Part shown: positions 28,375-38,687 of the stretch, in pieces | Numbering within the stretch: the stretch's first letter is position 1 | Layout: every line of letters begins with the position of its first letter | NCBI GenBank assembly: GCA_047605365.1 | Contig: JASGFV010000001.1 | Span: 24,849-88,848, forward strand | Length of the DNA stretch: 64,000 nucleotides | Reading direction: 5' to 3' | Source: Gordonia sp. (in: high G+C Gram-positive bacteria) | Lineage (GTDB): Bacteria; Actinomycetota; Actinomycetes; Mycobacteriales; Mycobacteriaceae | The notes under the pieces: model-generated | What the model was told of the DNA's origin: nothing | What the model saw: only the letters and a program-made list of their open reading frames with translations | Databases searched by the model: none | Position numbers and translations under genes: made by a program

Positions 28375-28699
28375 GGCGAAGTTCCCCCGGAGTGGATGTT
28401 TCACGGCTGTAGTCGCGACCATAGTCCCGGCCGTGTGCGCCCGGCACGCGTTCGACGCCGATTTCCTGACGCACCGGGGAAGTGTGGAACCGATTGCGGC
28501 TCAGCTGCGTCATACCTGTGAAGCGGAAATTCGCGGAGGGGGACGAAGTGCAGACGCAGACTTGGGTGACGATGTTCGTCGGGCCCTTGGCGGCGGCGCG
28601 GGTGCTCGCGACGCTGTGGCAGCGCCGGCCGGCGGCGGTGGGTCCTCGACGTCGCCGAAGGAGGCCTGTCGGCCTGACTATTCGGGTTAGGCTGCGGAC

Positions 28700-29137
28700 A
28701 TGGCGGCCGACGACACGAACGACCAGAGCTCCCGCGACAGCTCCTCGGTGTGGGACACCCCGCTGGGACTGTTCGCCAAATCGCAAGAGCAGGCGGTCAA
28801 AGTCGCCGGCGACACCCTGAACAAGGTGCGGGCGATGGCGACGTCGGGCGTCACGTCGCCGGACGTACTGCTGACGCAGGTCGCCGAACTCAGCGGCGCG
28901 GTGACCGGCCTGGCGAGTTCGGCCACCGGACTGACTGGGGCCGTCGCCCAGCCGCTGCAGGACTTTCTGGTGCAGCAGCGGCAACTGGCCGAGGCGGTGG
29001 CGAAGTTCGCCGAGGTGCAGGCAGAGTTGGCGGTGATCGTCTCCGAGTTCGCCCAGCGGCAGGCAGCCGCGGTGGCTGCGATCGAGCGGGTCGCCAACCC
29101 GGTGTTCGACGTGATGGGCGGCCGCCCGGACGAGTGA
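28700..29137 (+). CDS. Hypothetical helical/coiled-coil protein
   Basis: Coherent ORF with high-GC3 codon usage; Gln/Ala-rich amphipathic segments. Confidence 0.6.
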   Translation: MAADDTNDQSSRDSSSVWDTPLGLFAKSQEQAVKVAGDTLNKVRAMATSGVTSPDVLLTQVAELSGAVTGLASSATGLTGAVAQPLQDFLVQQRQLAEAVAKFAEVQAELAVIVSEFAQRQAAAVAAIERVANPVFDVMGGRPDE

Positions 29138-29153
29138 CCCGGGCCGGGGAGGG

Positions 29154-29732
29154 CTACGACTCGGTGTTCTGGGCGGCTCGGACCCGGGCGGTCACGAGCA
29201 TGCCGAAGAACCGCACGCCCATACCCAGGACCAGTAGGTTCGCCGTCATCTGGATCGACACCGCGATCCGCGCGCCCTGGGACACCGCGTCGATGTCGCC
29301 GAATCCGGTGGTGGTGAACACGGTGAGGCAGAAGTAGAGGGCGTCCATCCGCGTCATGTGCTCGTTGAAGCTTCCGGACCGGTAGTCCGACAGCATGAAG
29401 TACACCGCGGAGAACATCGTCAGGTACAGCGTGACCAGTGCGAAGAGCATTTCCAGCGCCGCAGCCAGCGGATACGTGGCATGCAGGAAGGCCCGGATCT
29501 CCCAGAGACAGAACGAGAGCAGCAGGATGACGCCGACGATGGTGCCGGCGGTGTTCCACGTGCTCTCGTGATTGAAAGGCAGCACGAAATACCCGAACAG
29601 CAGGATCACGGCGGCCAGCAGCGGGCGGACCAGGGCCCGCACCAGCCATTCCGGATTCCACTTGTCGAGAGCCGCCTCTTCCAGCGGAGTCTCGGCGTCG
29701 AGAGCTTCGGGCGGTTTCGACTTCTTTCTCAC
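29154..29732 (-). CDS. Potassium channel family protein (Ion_trans_2)
   Basis: DALYFCLTVFTTTGFGDI pore/selectivity-filter motif. Confidence 0.85.
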   Translation of the reverse strand: MRKKSKPPEALDAETPLEEAALDKWNPEWLVRALVRPLLAAVILLFGYFVLPFNHESTWNTAGTIVGVILLLSFCLWEIRAFLHATYPLAAALEMLFALVTLYLTMFSAVYFMLSDYRSGSFNEHMTRMDALYFCLTVFTTTGFGDIDAVSQGARIAVSIQMTANLLVLGMGVRFFGMLVTARVRAAQNTES

Positions 29733-29753
29733 CCGCTCATTTTGGCGGACCCG

Positions 29754-30566
29754 CTACCCGAATGCGGCGGGATCGACGCCCTGGTCTGCGGGGGATTCTT
29801 GGCCGCGGACGGGGGTGAGGGCCGGACGCTTCGGCGACAGGCCGTCGCCCAGCGACACTCCGCGCACATGCCGGACGAACCACGGGATGAAGAACTCGAC
29901 GGCCCAGCGGGCGTCACGATAGGCGGCGGCGCTGCGCCCCACGGCGGGGAGCGGACTCAGCGGCCGGCCCCACTGTGGGTCGCTGCCGGGCAGCCCGAGC
30001 GCGTGCGCGGCGCCGGCGGCGAACCGCTGATGCCCGACGGGCGAGGCGTGCAGTCGGTCGACGGACCACGACCGCAGGTCCGTCAGCACCGGCGCCGAAT
30101 AGAGGTCGACGAGCACGAAGCCGTAGCGCTCGGCCACTTCGACGACGAGTTCGTTGAGCGCCAGCAGCCGTGAGCGGAGCGTCGCGCCGAACGGGATGGT
30201 CGACGTGACGTCCGGGAACGTGGACACCAGGACGGTGGCGCCGGTCTCGGCCAGACGGCCGTAGACGACGGCGAAGTCGTCGCGGAGCTGCTCGAAGTCG
30301 GCGCGCCCGATGACGTCGTTCATGCCGAGCGGGGCGGCGATCAGGTCGGGATTCAGCGCCAGTGCAGGATTGAGCTGCTCGCGGAGGGCTGCGCGCGTGT
30401 TCTTGCCGCGGATCGCGAGGTTCGCGTACTGGAGGCCCGGGGAGACTGTCGCGGCCAGCTGTTCGGCGAGCCGGTCGGCCCAGCCGCGGTAGACGCCGTC
30501 CACTTGGACGTCGCCCATTCCTTCGGTCTGACTGTCGCCGATCGCGACGAATCGCGAGAACTCCAT
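29754..30566 (-). CDS. SGNH/GDSL hydrolase
   Basis: AIGDSQTEG, YANLAIRG, GMND, DRLHAS. Confidence 0.9.
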   Translation of the reverse strand: MEFSRFVAIGDSQTEGMGDVQVDGVYRGWADRLAEQLAATVSPGLQYANLAIRGKNTRAALREQLNPALALNPDLIAAPLGMNDVIGRADFEQLRDDFAVVYGRLAETGATVLVSTFPDVTSTIPFGATLRSRLLALNELVVEVAERYGFVLVDLYSAPVLTDLRSWSVDRLHASPVGHQRFAAGAAHALGLPGSDPQWGRPLSPLPAVGRSAAAYRDARWAVEFFIPWFVRHVRGVSLGDGLSPKRPALTPVRGQESPADQGVDPAAFG

Positions 30567-30636
30567 GGGAACCGATCGTAGGACGCGCGACGACGCCGGT
30601 CACGAACTCGCCAGGGTGCGTGTCCCGGCGGGGTGG

Positions 30637-31494
30637 TCAGCGCAGCAGGAACGCCCGGACCGTCGTCTCGAAGGCCTCCTTCGCCTCGATCATCACCCAG
30701 TGGCCGCACCGGGGGAAGACGTGCAGTTCGGCGTTCGGGATGAGCCTGGCCGGGACCATCGCCATGTCGGGAGGGCTGACCCGGTCGTCGCGGCCCCAGG
30801 TGATCAGCGTCGGGCACTTCACCTTGTGCAGCATCGCCCAGTACGGCGGGAAGTCGGCGTCGGCCAGGAACTTCTGCTGCATGGCGAACGCCTTGGAGCC
30901 GTACATCATCGACGCGGTGGCGCGCGCGGAGGGATCCTGCGCGGCGGCCCACCGTTCGTCGATCAGCTCGTCGGTCACGACGTCGACGTCGTAGACCATC
31001 GAGTTCAGCCAGCGCACCAGCTTGTCGCGGTCGGGGGCGTCGGTGAACTCCTGTAGCAGGCGCAGCCCCTCGCTGGGGCCGGGGCTGAACACGTTGGGGC
31101 CGATCCCGCCGATAGTGATCAGCTTGTCGACGCGGTCGGGGTGTTTGATCGCCAGGTTGACCGCCACCACCCCGCCCATCGAGTTGCCGAGGAGCGCGGC
31201 GGAAGAGATGCCGAGGGCGTTCATGAACCGGATGACCGACGCCCCGGCGGTGAGCACGGGATGGCCGTCGACGGGGTCGGAGACGCCGAATCCGGGGAAC
31301 TCGAGGATGTAGCAGTGGTGGGTTTGTGCGAAAACCCACAGGTTGCCGCGGAAATTGCGCCATCCGGTGACTCCCGGGCCCGAACCGTGCAGCAGCATCA
31401 GGGCAGGCGCAGAGGGGTCGCCGGCCTCGTGATAGCGGAGGACGCCCTGGTCGGTGGTCAGCTCGCGGCGAGTCGCCTCGTATGTCACATCCAC
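30637..31494 (-). CDS. Alpha/beta-fold meta-cleavage-product (HsaD/BphD-like) hydrolase
   Basis: LLHGSGPG..GW.NF, GNSMGG, WGRDDRV, CGHW.MIE; probable leaderless GTG 7 nt after TACTAT. Confidence 0.85.
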   Translation of the reverse strand: MDVTYEATRRELTTDQGVLRYHEAGDPSAPALMLLHGSGPGVTGWRNFRGNLWVFAQTHHCYILEFPGFGVSDPVDGHPVLTAGASVIRFMNALGISSAALLGNSMGGVVAVNLAIKHPDRVDKLITIGGIGPNVFSPGPSEGLRLLQEFTDAPDRDKLVRWLNSMVYDVDVVTDELIDERWAAAQDPSARATASMMYGSKAFAMQQKFLADADFPPYWAMLHKVKCPTLITWGRDDRVSPPDMAMVPARLIPNAELHVFPRCGHWVMIEAKEAFETTVRAFLLR

Positions 31495-31505
31495 ACAACC
31501 CATAG

Positions 31506-31519
31506 TAGAACGTGTTCTA
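31506..31519. promoter_or_regulatory. KstR operator
   Basis: TAGAACGTGTTCTA matches TNNAACNNGTTNNA exactly and abuts the hydrolase -10. Confidence 0.75.
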
Positions 31520-31638
31520 ATTATCTGGACGGGATCGCCTCCGAGCCGCTCGGCGCGTACCGACCATATCGGACAAACTCCCAGGTAGCGGGGCTGTGGA
31601 GACGTCAAACGTCGGCGCGGACACGTAAACTCGCAGGC

Positions 31639-32853
31639 ATGAGCATTGATCCCTCGGTCGCGGTGAACAGCTGGCGCGGGCGCGGATCGGCCGTCACCGC
31701 AGTCCTGCTGGGAGTCGCGGTCGCGCTGACCGCGATCACCGGGCTGGCCGCCTGCTCGGCCGACTCCCCGCCGCCTCCGCCCCCGCCGCTGGCGCGTCTC
31801 TCGGTGCCCGTGTCGACCGGCCCGGCCATCAACCCGACCACGCCGATCACCGTCGTGGCGTCGCTCGGCGAGCTGCAGTCGGTCACCGTCACCACACCTG
31901 AGAACAAGCAGGTGCAGGGTGAGTTCAGCCCGGATCACCTGCAGTGGAGCACCACCGAGGACCTCGGCTACGGCGGCGAGTACACCGTCGACGCGACGGC
32001 GGTGAACTCGGCGAACAAGCCGACGCACCAGACCTTCCAGGTGTCGACCATCGACCCGCAGGAGACGGCGTACGCCAACGTCGTGCCCGCACCCGACGTG
32101 GTCTCCGGCGTCGGCATCGGCGTCGGACAGCCGATGGTCTTCCAGTTCACCCAGCCGGTGAAGAACAAGGTGGAGGTCGAGAAGCACCTCAAGGTCACGA
32201 CGACTCCCGCGCAGCCGGGAGCCTGGTACTGGGTCGACGACTCGCACGTCGACTACCGCGGCCCGAACTACTGGAAGCCGGGCACCAAGATCCACATCGA
32301 GGCGAACGTCTACGGCGTCGACCTGGGCAACGGCGTCTACGGCGCCGAAGACAATTCGGCCGACTACACAGTGCATGACTCGTGGGTCGCCAAGGCCGAC
32401 GGCGCCACTGAGGTGCTGTCGATCTATCAGAACGGCTCGCTGGTCAAGACCATGCCGATGAGCCTCGGCGAGGCGGACACGCCATCGCACGTCGGGGTCC
32501 ACGTGATCTCCGCCAAGTCACAGTCGATCGTGATGGACTCGTGCAGCTACGGCGTCTGCCAGGGCGATCCGGGCTACTACTCGGAGACCGTGCTGTGGGA
32601 CGAGCGCATCTCCAACGACGGCGAGTTCGTGCACGCGGCCCCGTGGTCGGTCGGCCAGCAGGGCGCAGCGAACGTCTCGCACGGCTGCGTCAACCTGAGC
32701 ACCGACAACGCGATCTGGTTCTACAACCACTTCGGTCTCGGCGACGTCGTGGAGATCACCAACTCCGGCGGCGCCGAGCTGCCGGTCTGGGACACCTACG
32801 GCGACTGGGGCGTGCCGTGGAACGTGTGGAAGAAGGGCAACGCCGACAGCTGA
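31639..32853 (+). CDS. L,D-transpeptidase lipoprotein with Ig-like domains
   Basis: Lipobox LAAC, VGVGQP-like motif, GEFVHAAPWSVGQQG..NVSHGCVNLS; TAAACT -10 7 nt before ATG. Confidence 0.92.
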   Translation: MSIDPSVAVNSWRGRGSAVTAVLLGVAVALTAITGLAACSADSPPPPPPPLARLSVPVSTGPAINPTTPITVVASLGELQSVTVTTPENKQVQGEFSPDHLQWSTTEDLGYGGEYTVDATAVNSANKPTHQTFQVSTIDPQETAYANVVPAPDVVSGVGIGVGQPMVFQFTQPVKNKVEVEKHLKVTTTPAQPGAWYWVDDSHVDYRGPNYWKPGTKIHIEANVYGVDLGNGVYGAEDNSADYTVHDSWVAKADGATEVLSIYQNGSLVKTMPMSLGEADTPSHVGVHVISAKSQSIVMDSCSYGVCQGDPGYYSETVLWDERISNDGEFVHAAPWSVGQQGAANVSHGCVNLSTDNAIWFYNHFGLGDVVEITNSGGAELPVWDTYGDWGVPWNVWKKGNADS

Positions 32854-32867
32854 CCCGGTAGCGCAGG

Positions 32868-34931
32868 TCAGTCCGATACCGGCTCCCGCTGAAGTCTGCC
32901 CGGCCACCAGATCCAGCGGCCCACATCGAGCGTCACGGCCGGGACCAGCAACGACCGCACGATCAGGGTGTCGACCAGCACTCCGAAGGCCACCAGGAAC
33001 GCGACCTGGGCCAGGAACAGCAGCGGGATCACCGCGAGGGCGGCGAAGGTCGCGGCCAGTACCACCCCGGCGGCCGAGATCACCCCGCCGGTGGTGGTCA
33101 GGGCGTCTACCATGCCCTTGCGCGTCCCGAACTGCGCGGCCTCCTCGCGGGCGCGGGTCATCAGGAAGATGTTGTAGTCGATCCCGAGCGCGACCAGAAA
33201 CACGAACGCGAACAGCGGCACCACCGGGTCGGCGCCGGGGAATCCGAAGGGGCCGTTGAAGAGCAGGGCCGCGACGCCGAGCGTGGTGCCGAACGACAGC
33301 ACCGTCGTGCCCAACAGCAGCAGCGGTGCGGCCAGGCAGCGCAGCAGCAGAATCAGCACCGCCAGCACCACGATCAGCACCAGCGGGATGATGAGGTCGC
33401 GATCGTGTTCGGCGGTGGTGCGGGTGTCCAGCGCGACGGCGGTCGTCCCACCCACCAGGGCGTCGGCGCCGGACACGGTGCGCATCCGGTCGCGGAGGGC
33501 GACCACGGTGCCTTGCGCGGTGAGCGAGTCGGCGGCGTCGGTGAGCTCCACCTGGATCGCGGCGCGGCCGTCGCGGATCACCGGCTTGCCGTCGGCGGTC
33601 CGCACGGTCGACGACGAGACGCCGTCCACGGTCGACGCCGCCTGGGCGGCCCGGTCGGCGGCGCCCGCGGAGACCAGAATCCAGGTCGGCGTGCCCGAGC
33701 CGGCGTCGAAATGCCGTGCGTAGGCGGCGGCGCCGTCGACCGATTCGGTGCTGCCGAGGAAGAAGTCGTTCGTCGAGACGCCGTCGGCGCGGAACTGCGG
33801 GGCGAAGGCCGCACCGGCCAGCAGCAGGATCAGCGTCAGCACCCAGACCTTGCGTGGGGCGCGGGCCACGGTGTCGGCCACCCGACGCCAGATGCGGTGC
33901 GACGCGCCGTCGCCCGCATGTGGACTGCGCGGCCAGAACGCGGCGCGGCCGAGCAGCGCGAGGACCGCGGGCAGGAAGGTGACCGAGGCCAGGAACGACG
34001 ACGCGATGCCCAGCGCCGCCACCGGGCCGAGCGTGCGGTTGGAGTTGAGGTCGGAGAACAGCAGACACAGGACGCCCAGAATCACCGTGCCTGCGGACGC
34101 GGCGATCGGCGGCAGCGTCGTGCGCCAGGCGGACTGCAGGGCGGCACGCGCGTCGTCGACCGTGGACAGGGTCTCGCGGTAGCGGGACACCAGCAGCAAC
34201 GCGTAGTCGGTGGCCGCGCCGAAGACCAGGATGAAGAGGATGCCCTGGCTCTGCCCGTTGAGCTCCAGGACGCCGGCTCCGGCCAGCCAGTAGACGATGC
34301 CGGACGCGAGAGCGAGCGCGAGGATCGCCGACACCAGCACCACCAGCGGCAGGATCGGGGAGCGGTAGACGAAGATCAGGATCACCAGGACCAGTGCACC
34401 GGCGACGAGGAGCAGCAGGCCGTCGATCCCGGCGAACGCACCGGAGAGGTCGGCGGCCTGACCGGCGGGGCCGGTGACGGCGACGGTGAGCCCCGGCGGC
34501 GGGTTCGCCAGGGCGTCGCGGAGCTTCTCGACGGCGTCGGCGGGCTTCCCGTCTGTCGCGATCGGCACGAACATCCTGGCGGCCCGGCCGTCCTTCGAGG
34601 GCAGCGCCGGGGAGAACGCCTTCGCGAAGCCGTCCGTGCCGCGCAGCGGGGCGACCGCGTCGGTCAGCCAGCTCTGGTCCGCAGCGGTGACGCCCGCCGG
34701 ATTCTCGGCGACGACGATGGCCGGAAAGTAGTCGGTGTCGGTGAACTCGGGCAGCAGGTGGCCCGCGCGGGTCGACTCCGCCGAAGCCGGAAGAAAGGCG
34801 CTCTCGTCGTTGGTGGTGACCTTGCTGAGCTGCCCGGACAGTGGCCCGGTCGCCGCGCCGACACTCAGCCACACGACGATCAGCACGGCGGGCAGGAGCC
34901 GGCGCAGCCGCGCCGAGCCGATCGTCGTCAC
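32868..34931 (-). CDS. MMPL/RND family transporter
   Basis: VFGAATDYALLLVSRYRE, ALGIDYNIFLMTRAREE, DTLIVRSLLVPA. Confidence 0.9.
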   Translation of the reverse strand: MTTIGSARLRRLLPAVLIVVWLSVGAATGPLSGQLSKVTTNDESAFLPASAESTRAGHLLPEFTDTDYFPAIVVAENPAGVTAADQSWLTDAVAPLRGTDGFAKAFSPALPSKDGRAARMFVPIATDGKPADAVEKLRDALANPPPGLTVAVTGPAGQAADLSGAFAGIDGLLLLVAGALVLVILIFVYRSPILPLVVLVSAILALALASGIVYWLAGAGVLELNGQSQGILFILVFGAATDYALLLVSRYRETLSTVDDARAALQSAWRTTLPPIAASAGTVILGVLCLLFSDLNSNRTLGPVAALGIASSFLASVTFLPAVLALLGRAAFWPRSPHAGDGASHRIWRRVADTVARAPRKVWVLTLILLLAGAAFAPQFRADGVSTNDFFLGSTESVDGAAAYARHFDAGSGTPTWILVSAGAADRAAQAASTVDGVSSSTVRTADGKPVIRDGRAAIQVELTDAADSLTAQGTVVALRDRMRTVSGADALVGGTTAVALDTRTTAEHDRDLIIPLVLIVVLAVLILLLRCLAAPLLLLGTTVLSFGTTLGVAALLFNGPFGFPGADPVVPLFAFVFLVALGIDYNIFLMTRAREEAAQFGTRKGMVDALTTTGGVISAAGVVLAATFAALAVIPLLFLAQVAFLVAFGVLVDTLIVRSLLVPAVTLDVGRWIWWPGRLQREPVSD

Positions 34932-34938
34932 GTCGACC

Positions 34939-36912
34939 TCACCAGATCCGGACGCGGTCTTCCGGGGCCAGATACAGCGCGGCGTCGGGCTCGACGTCGA
35001 ACGCGTCGTAGAAGGCGTCGATGTTGCGCACCACGCCGTTGCAGCGGAACTCCGGCGGGGAGTGCGGGTCGATCGCGAGGCGGCGGATCGCCTCGGCGTC
35101 GCGTGTCTTGGTGCGCCAGATCTGTGCCCAGCTGTAGAAGACGCGCTGTTCGCCGGTCAGGCCGTCGATGACGGGCGCTTGGTCCTCGCCGAGTGCCAGC
35201 CGGTAGGCGACCAGCGCGATCGACAGCCCGCCGAGGTCGCCGATGTTCTCGCCGAGCGTGAACTCGCCGTTGACCTTGTGCTCGGGGTTCAGTCCGTCCG
35301 GCGTGTACCGGCTGTACTGGCCGGCGAGCGCGGCGGTGCGCTTGCCGAACTCGGTGCGGTCGGCGTCGGTCCACCAGTCCACGAGGTTGCCGTCGCCGTC
35401 GTACTTGGCACCCTGATCGTCGAAGCCGTGGCCGATCTCGTGCCCGATCACCGCGCCGATGCCGCCGTAGTTGGCGGCGTCGTCGGCGTCCGGATCGAAG
35501 AACGGCGGCTGCAGGATCGCCGCGGGGAAGACGATCTCGTTCATGCCGGGGTTGTAGTAGGCGTTGACCGTCTGCGGCGTCATGAACCACTCGTCGCGGT
35601 CGACGGGCTGCCCGATCTTCGCCAGCTCACGGTCGTTCTCGAAGGCGGAGGCGCGGGCGACGTTGCCGATCAGGTCGGCGGGATCGACGTCGAGCGCGCT
35701 GTAGTCGCGCCAGGCCGCCGGGTAGCCGATCTTCGGGGTGAACTTCTCGAGCTTGGCCAGGGCCCGCTGCCGGGTCTCCGGGGTCATCCACTCCAGGTCG
35801 GCGATGTTGCGCCGGTAGGCGGCGACGAGGTTGTCGATCAGCTCGTCCATCCGGGCCTTTGCGGCGGGCGGGAAGTGGCGTTCCACGTACAGCTCGCCGA
35901 CGGCGAAGCCCATCGCGTCCTCGACGAACCCGACGCCGCGTTTCCACCGGTCCCGGTTGACCGGCGTGCCCGTCAGCGTGCGGCCGTAGAAGTCGAAGTT
36001 CTCGTCGACGAACGCCGACGACAGGTACGGCGCCGACGACCGCAGCAGCCGCCAGGTCAGCCAGGTCTTCACGTCGTGGAGCGGGCGTTGGGCGATCGCC
36101 TGTGCGGCGCCGGTGACGAACGACGGCTGGCCGACGACGACCTCGTCGAACGCACCGCTGCCCGCTCCCTGGACCGCCGCGATCCACGCGGCGAGGTCGA
36201 ATCCCGCTGCCGCGGAGGCGAACTCGTCGCGCGTCATCAGGTTGTAGGTGGCCTCGGCGTCGCGCCGCCGCACGACGTCCCAGTGGTGGCTCGCCAGTTC
36301 GGTCTCGACGTCCAGGACGGTCGACGCCGCGGCGGCCGGGTCGTCGACGCCGGCCAGCGCGAACATCTTCTCGACGTGCTTCACGTACGCGGCGCGGGTG
36401 TCGGCGTACTTGTCCTCGCGGTAGTACGACTCGTCGGGCAGCCCGAGTCCGCTCTGCACCACGTGCACCAGGTACCGGTCGGACTGCTTGGCGTCGGTGT
36501 CGACGTAGAAGCCGAACAGGCCGTTGACGCCGCCGCGTGCCAGCTCGCCGAGCATCGTCGCCAGTTCGGCGGGCGAGCTGATCGCGGCGATCGACTCCAA
36601 GCTGCCGGAGATCGCGCTCAGGCCCAGCTCCTCGATGCGGCCGGTGTCCATGAACGACGTGTAGAGGCCGCCGATCTTGCTTGCGCCGGTGTCTGTCTCC
36701 GCTCCCGATTCGGCGCACTCCTCGACGATCGTCCGCACGTCGGCCTCGGCGTTGTCGCGCAGCACGTGGAACGCGCCGTCGACGCTGCGGTCGTCGGGGA
36801 TCTCGTGGGTGCTCAGCCAGCGTCCGTTGACGTGGGTGAACAGGTCGTCGCTGAGGCGGACCGAATCGTCGGTCCAGCTGAGGTCGAGTCCGGAGGTCTG
36901 TTCGATAGTCAC
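34939..36912 (-). CDS. zmp1: M13 family zinc metallopeptidase (Zmp1/PepO)
   Basis: VNAYY, HEIGHGFDDQG, GENIGDLGG, DPHSP; start uncertain (36912 or 36921). Confidence 0.9.
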   Translation of the reverse strand: MTIEQTSGLDLSWTDDSVRLSDDLFTHVNGRWLSTHEIPDDRSVDGAFHVLRDNAEADVRTIVEECAESGAETDTGASKIGGLYTSFMDTGRIEELGLSAISGSLESIAAISSPAELATMLGELARGGVNGLFGFYVDTDAKQSDRYLVHVVQSGLGLPDESYYREDKYADTRAAYVKHVEKMFALAGVDDPAAAASTVLDVETELASHHWDVVRRRDAEATYNLMTRDEFASAAAGFDLAAWIAAVQGAGSGAFDEVVVGQPSFVTGAAQAIAQRPLHDVKTWLTWRLLRSSAPYLSSAFVDENFDFYGRTLTGTPVNRDRWKRGVGFVEDAMGFAVGELYVERHFPPAAKARMDELIDNLVAAYRRNIADLEWMTPETRQRALAKLEKFTPKIGYPAAWRDYSALDVDPADLIGNVARASAFENDRELAKIGQPVDRDEWFMTPQTVNAYYNPGMNEIVFPAAILQPPFFDPDADDAANYGGIGAVIGHEIGHGFDDQGAKYDGDGNLVDWWTDADRTEFGKRTAALAGQYSRYTPDGLNPEHKVNGEFTLGENIGDLGGLSIALVAYRLALGEDQAPVIDGLTGEQRVFYSWAQIWRTKTRDAEAIRRLAIDPHSPPEFRCNGVVRNIDAFYDAFDVEPDAALYLAPEDRVRIW

Positions 36913-37207
36913 GCCCTCCATACTGCACGCCGGACGCGGTGGGTGTCCGGCCAAGGCTGGCACCTCGGATCTGATCGTTGAACTCATGGGTTGGCCCGAC
37001 ACCGGGGACAGAAACGATGATGGCACTGCAGCCCCACGTCGGACCAGCGGCGAGCGAGGTGATACTCGCAAGGCAACGAGCGACGCACAACACGGTGTTC
37101 AGCGCGTGTTTTGGTGCAGGCTGGGCACTCAAAAAGTGCGTCTGAAATGCCCTTTTGTCGAATGGATGACGTCTTGTGATCTGTCGCCTACGCACTAGGA
37201 GGATCGC

Positions 37208-37666
37208 ATGATTGACGAGTCAGGTATCGGCAGGACGGCCAGCGGCGTCCAGTCGTTCACGTTGGAGTTCAAGCTCCAGTTCCTGAGGGAGTACGACCAG
37301 TGCGTCGAGCCTGGTGCCAAGACCGAGCTCAAGCGGCGTTACAACGTGTCCAACGCGTCGTTGGCGAACTGGCGCAAGAACCGGGCCGAAGGCCGGTGCG
37401 GGGAGGCCGCTGCGGCCGCGGCTGTTAAGCCCAGACGCACGTCCGATGTCAACAAGTTCCGGGCTGAAGCAGCTAAGTGGAAAGCGCGTGCAGAGGCCGC
37501 GGAAGAGAAAGCACGCAAAGCCGAGGCGGCTCAGGTGATCCTGGGAAAAGCATTCGAGCTGCTGGAGGAGATCAACAGCAGCTCGACGCCGGCCTCGCAG
37601 ATTCCGTCGGCACTGATGAGTGCCGAGGAGTATCGCCTCTACCTGCAGCGTCTGCAGCTTTCCTGA
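37208..37666 (+). CDS. IS3 transposase OrfA
   Basis: SFTLEFKLQFLREYD HTH-like region, coiled coil, ILGKAFELLE; RBS aggagg. Confidence 0.8.
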   Translation: MIDESGIGRTASGVQSFTLEFKLQFLREYDQCVEPGAKTELKRRYNVSNASLANWRKNRAEGRCGEAAAAAAVKPRRTSDVNKFRAEAAKWKARAEAAEEKARKAEAAQVILGKAFELLEEINSSSTPASQIPSALMSAEEYRLYLQRLQLS

Positions 37667-38687
37667 GCGCGCTGGTGACCACGCTGTGTCGGGAAGCGAG
37701 CGTGAGCGTGGTCAGGGCCTGCGACCTGGTGGGACTTGCCCGGTCCAGCCACTACCGGATCGCCGGCGGTTACTCGTCGTACAAGCCTGTCCGTGACCCG
37801 ATTCCCCAGGCCGAACGGACCCAGCCGACCACCCTGACCACCGCAGAGCAGCAGTCGATCCACGACGCGCTCACCGACCCTCGATGGGACGAAGAATCGG
37901 TGTCCCAGGTGTACTGGAACGCTTTCGACCTGGGCCTGCTGACGATGTCGCTGCGCACCTTCTACCGCTACGCCGGTGACCTGGGCTTTGTCGGCGACCG
38001 CCGCCGGCGGAGCCAACGCCGCCGCAAGGAAGTCCACGGCAAAGCCCCCGTCGCGACGAGGCCCGGGCAGGTGTGGTCATGGGACATCACCGACCTCTAC
38101 GGTCCGCAACGTCAGCGCTTCAAGCTGTACCTGGCCATCGATGTGTACTCGAGGTACCCCGTAGCGTGGCGGATCGAGCACCGCGAGGACCGCTACCTCG
38201 CGGTCGAGATGTTCGCCCAAGCGTTCGCCGACCACGGGGTGCCAGGCAAGATCCACTCCGACAACGGCCCGGCCATGCGGTCCGAAGCGCTCATCGAATC
38301 GCTCGAAAAGGCTGGTGTGCTGCGTAGCTACTCACGGCCGCGGGTCAGTGACGACAACCCGTTCTCCGAATCGCTGTTCCGCACCGTCAAGTACGACCTG
38401 TCCTGCCCCGACCGATTCGCCGACATCGACCACGCCCGGGAATGGACCGGCCAGTTCCTCCACCGATACCTCCACCGACGGCACTCCCGGATGGGCTGGC
38501 AGACCCCGGCGGACTTGTTTACCGGCACCGCCGCAGAGGTGAGCGCGTGCCGGCAGGCCCGTCTGGATCAGTTGTACAAGCTAATCCCGGCCGCTTCCGC
38601 CGCCACCCGAACCCACCGACCATCCCACACCCGGTCGGCGACAAGAAGACAACCACGACACAGCACACCCTGTCCCAGACAGGTTGA
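37543..38687 (+). pseudogene. IS3 transposase OrfB (DDE integrase core) with a C-terminal frameshift near 38580
   Basis: PGQVWSWDIT, IDVYSRY, HSDNG, SRPRVSDDNPFSESLFRTVKY; the tail ANPGRFRRHP.PP...LSQTG* is in another frame; start given is the G-GGA-AAA slippery site. Confidence 0.7.

Noticed and set aside
28548-28820. Small ORF with GGAGGGG RBS (VQTQTWVTMFVGPL...)
   Set aside because: Becomes Arg-rich shadow-like sequence and overlaps 28700-29137 by 120 bp; may be a remnant but is unsupported
32868-34931. Calling this gene mmpL11
   Set aside because: Generic ~690-aa MMPL with no extended C-terminal domain, lying on the far side of zmp1; orthology cannot be supported
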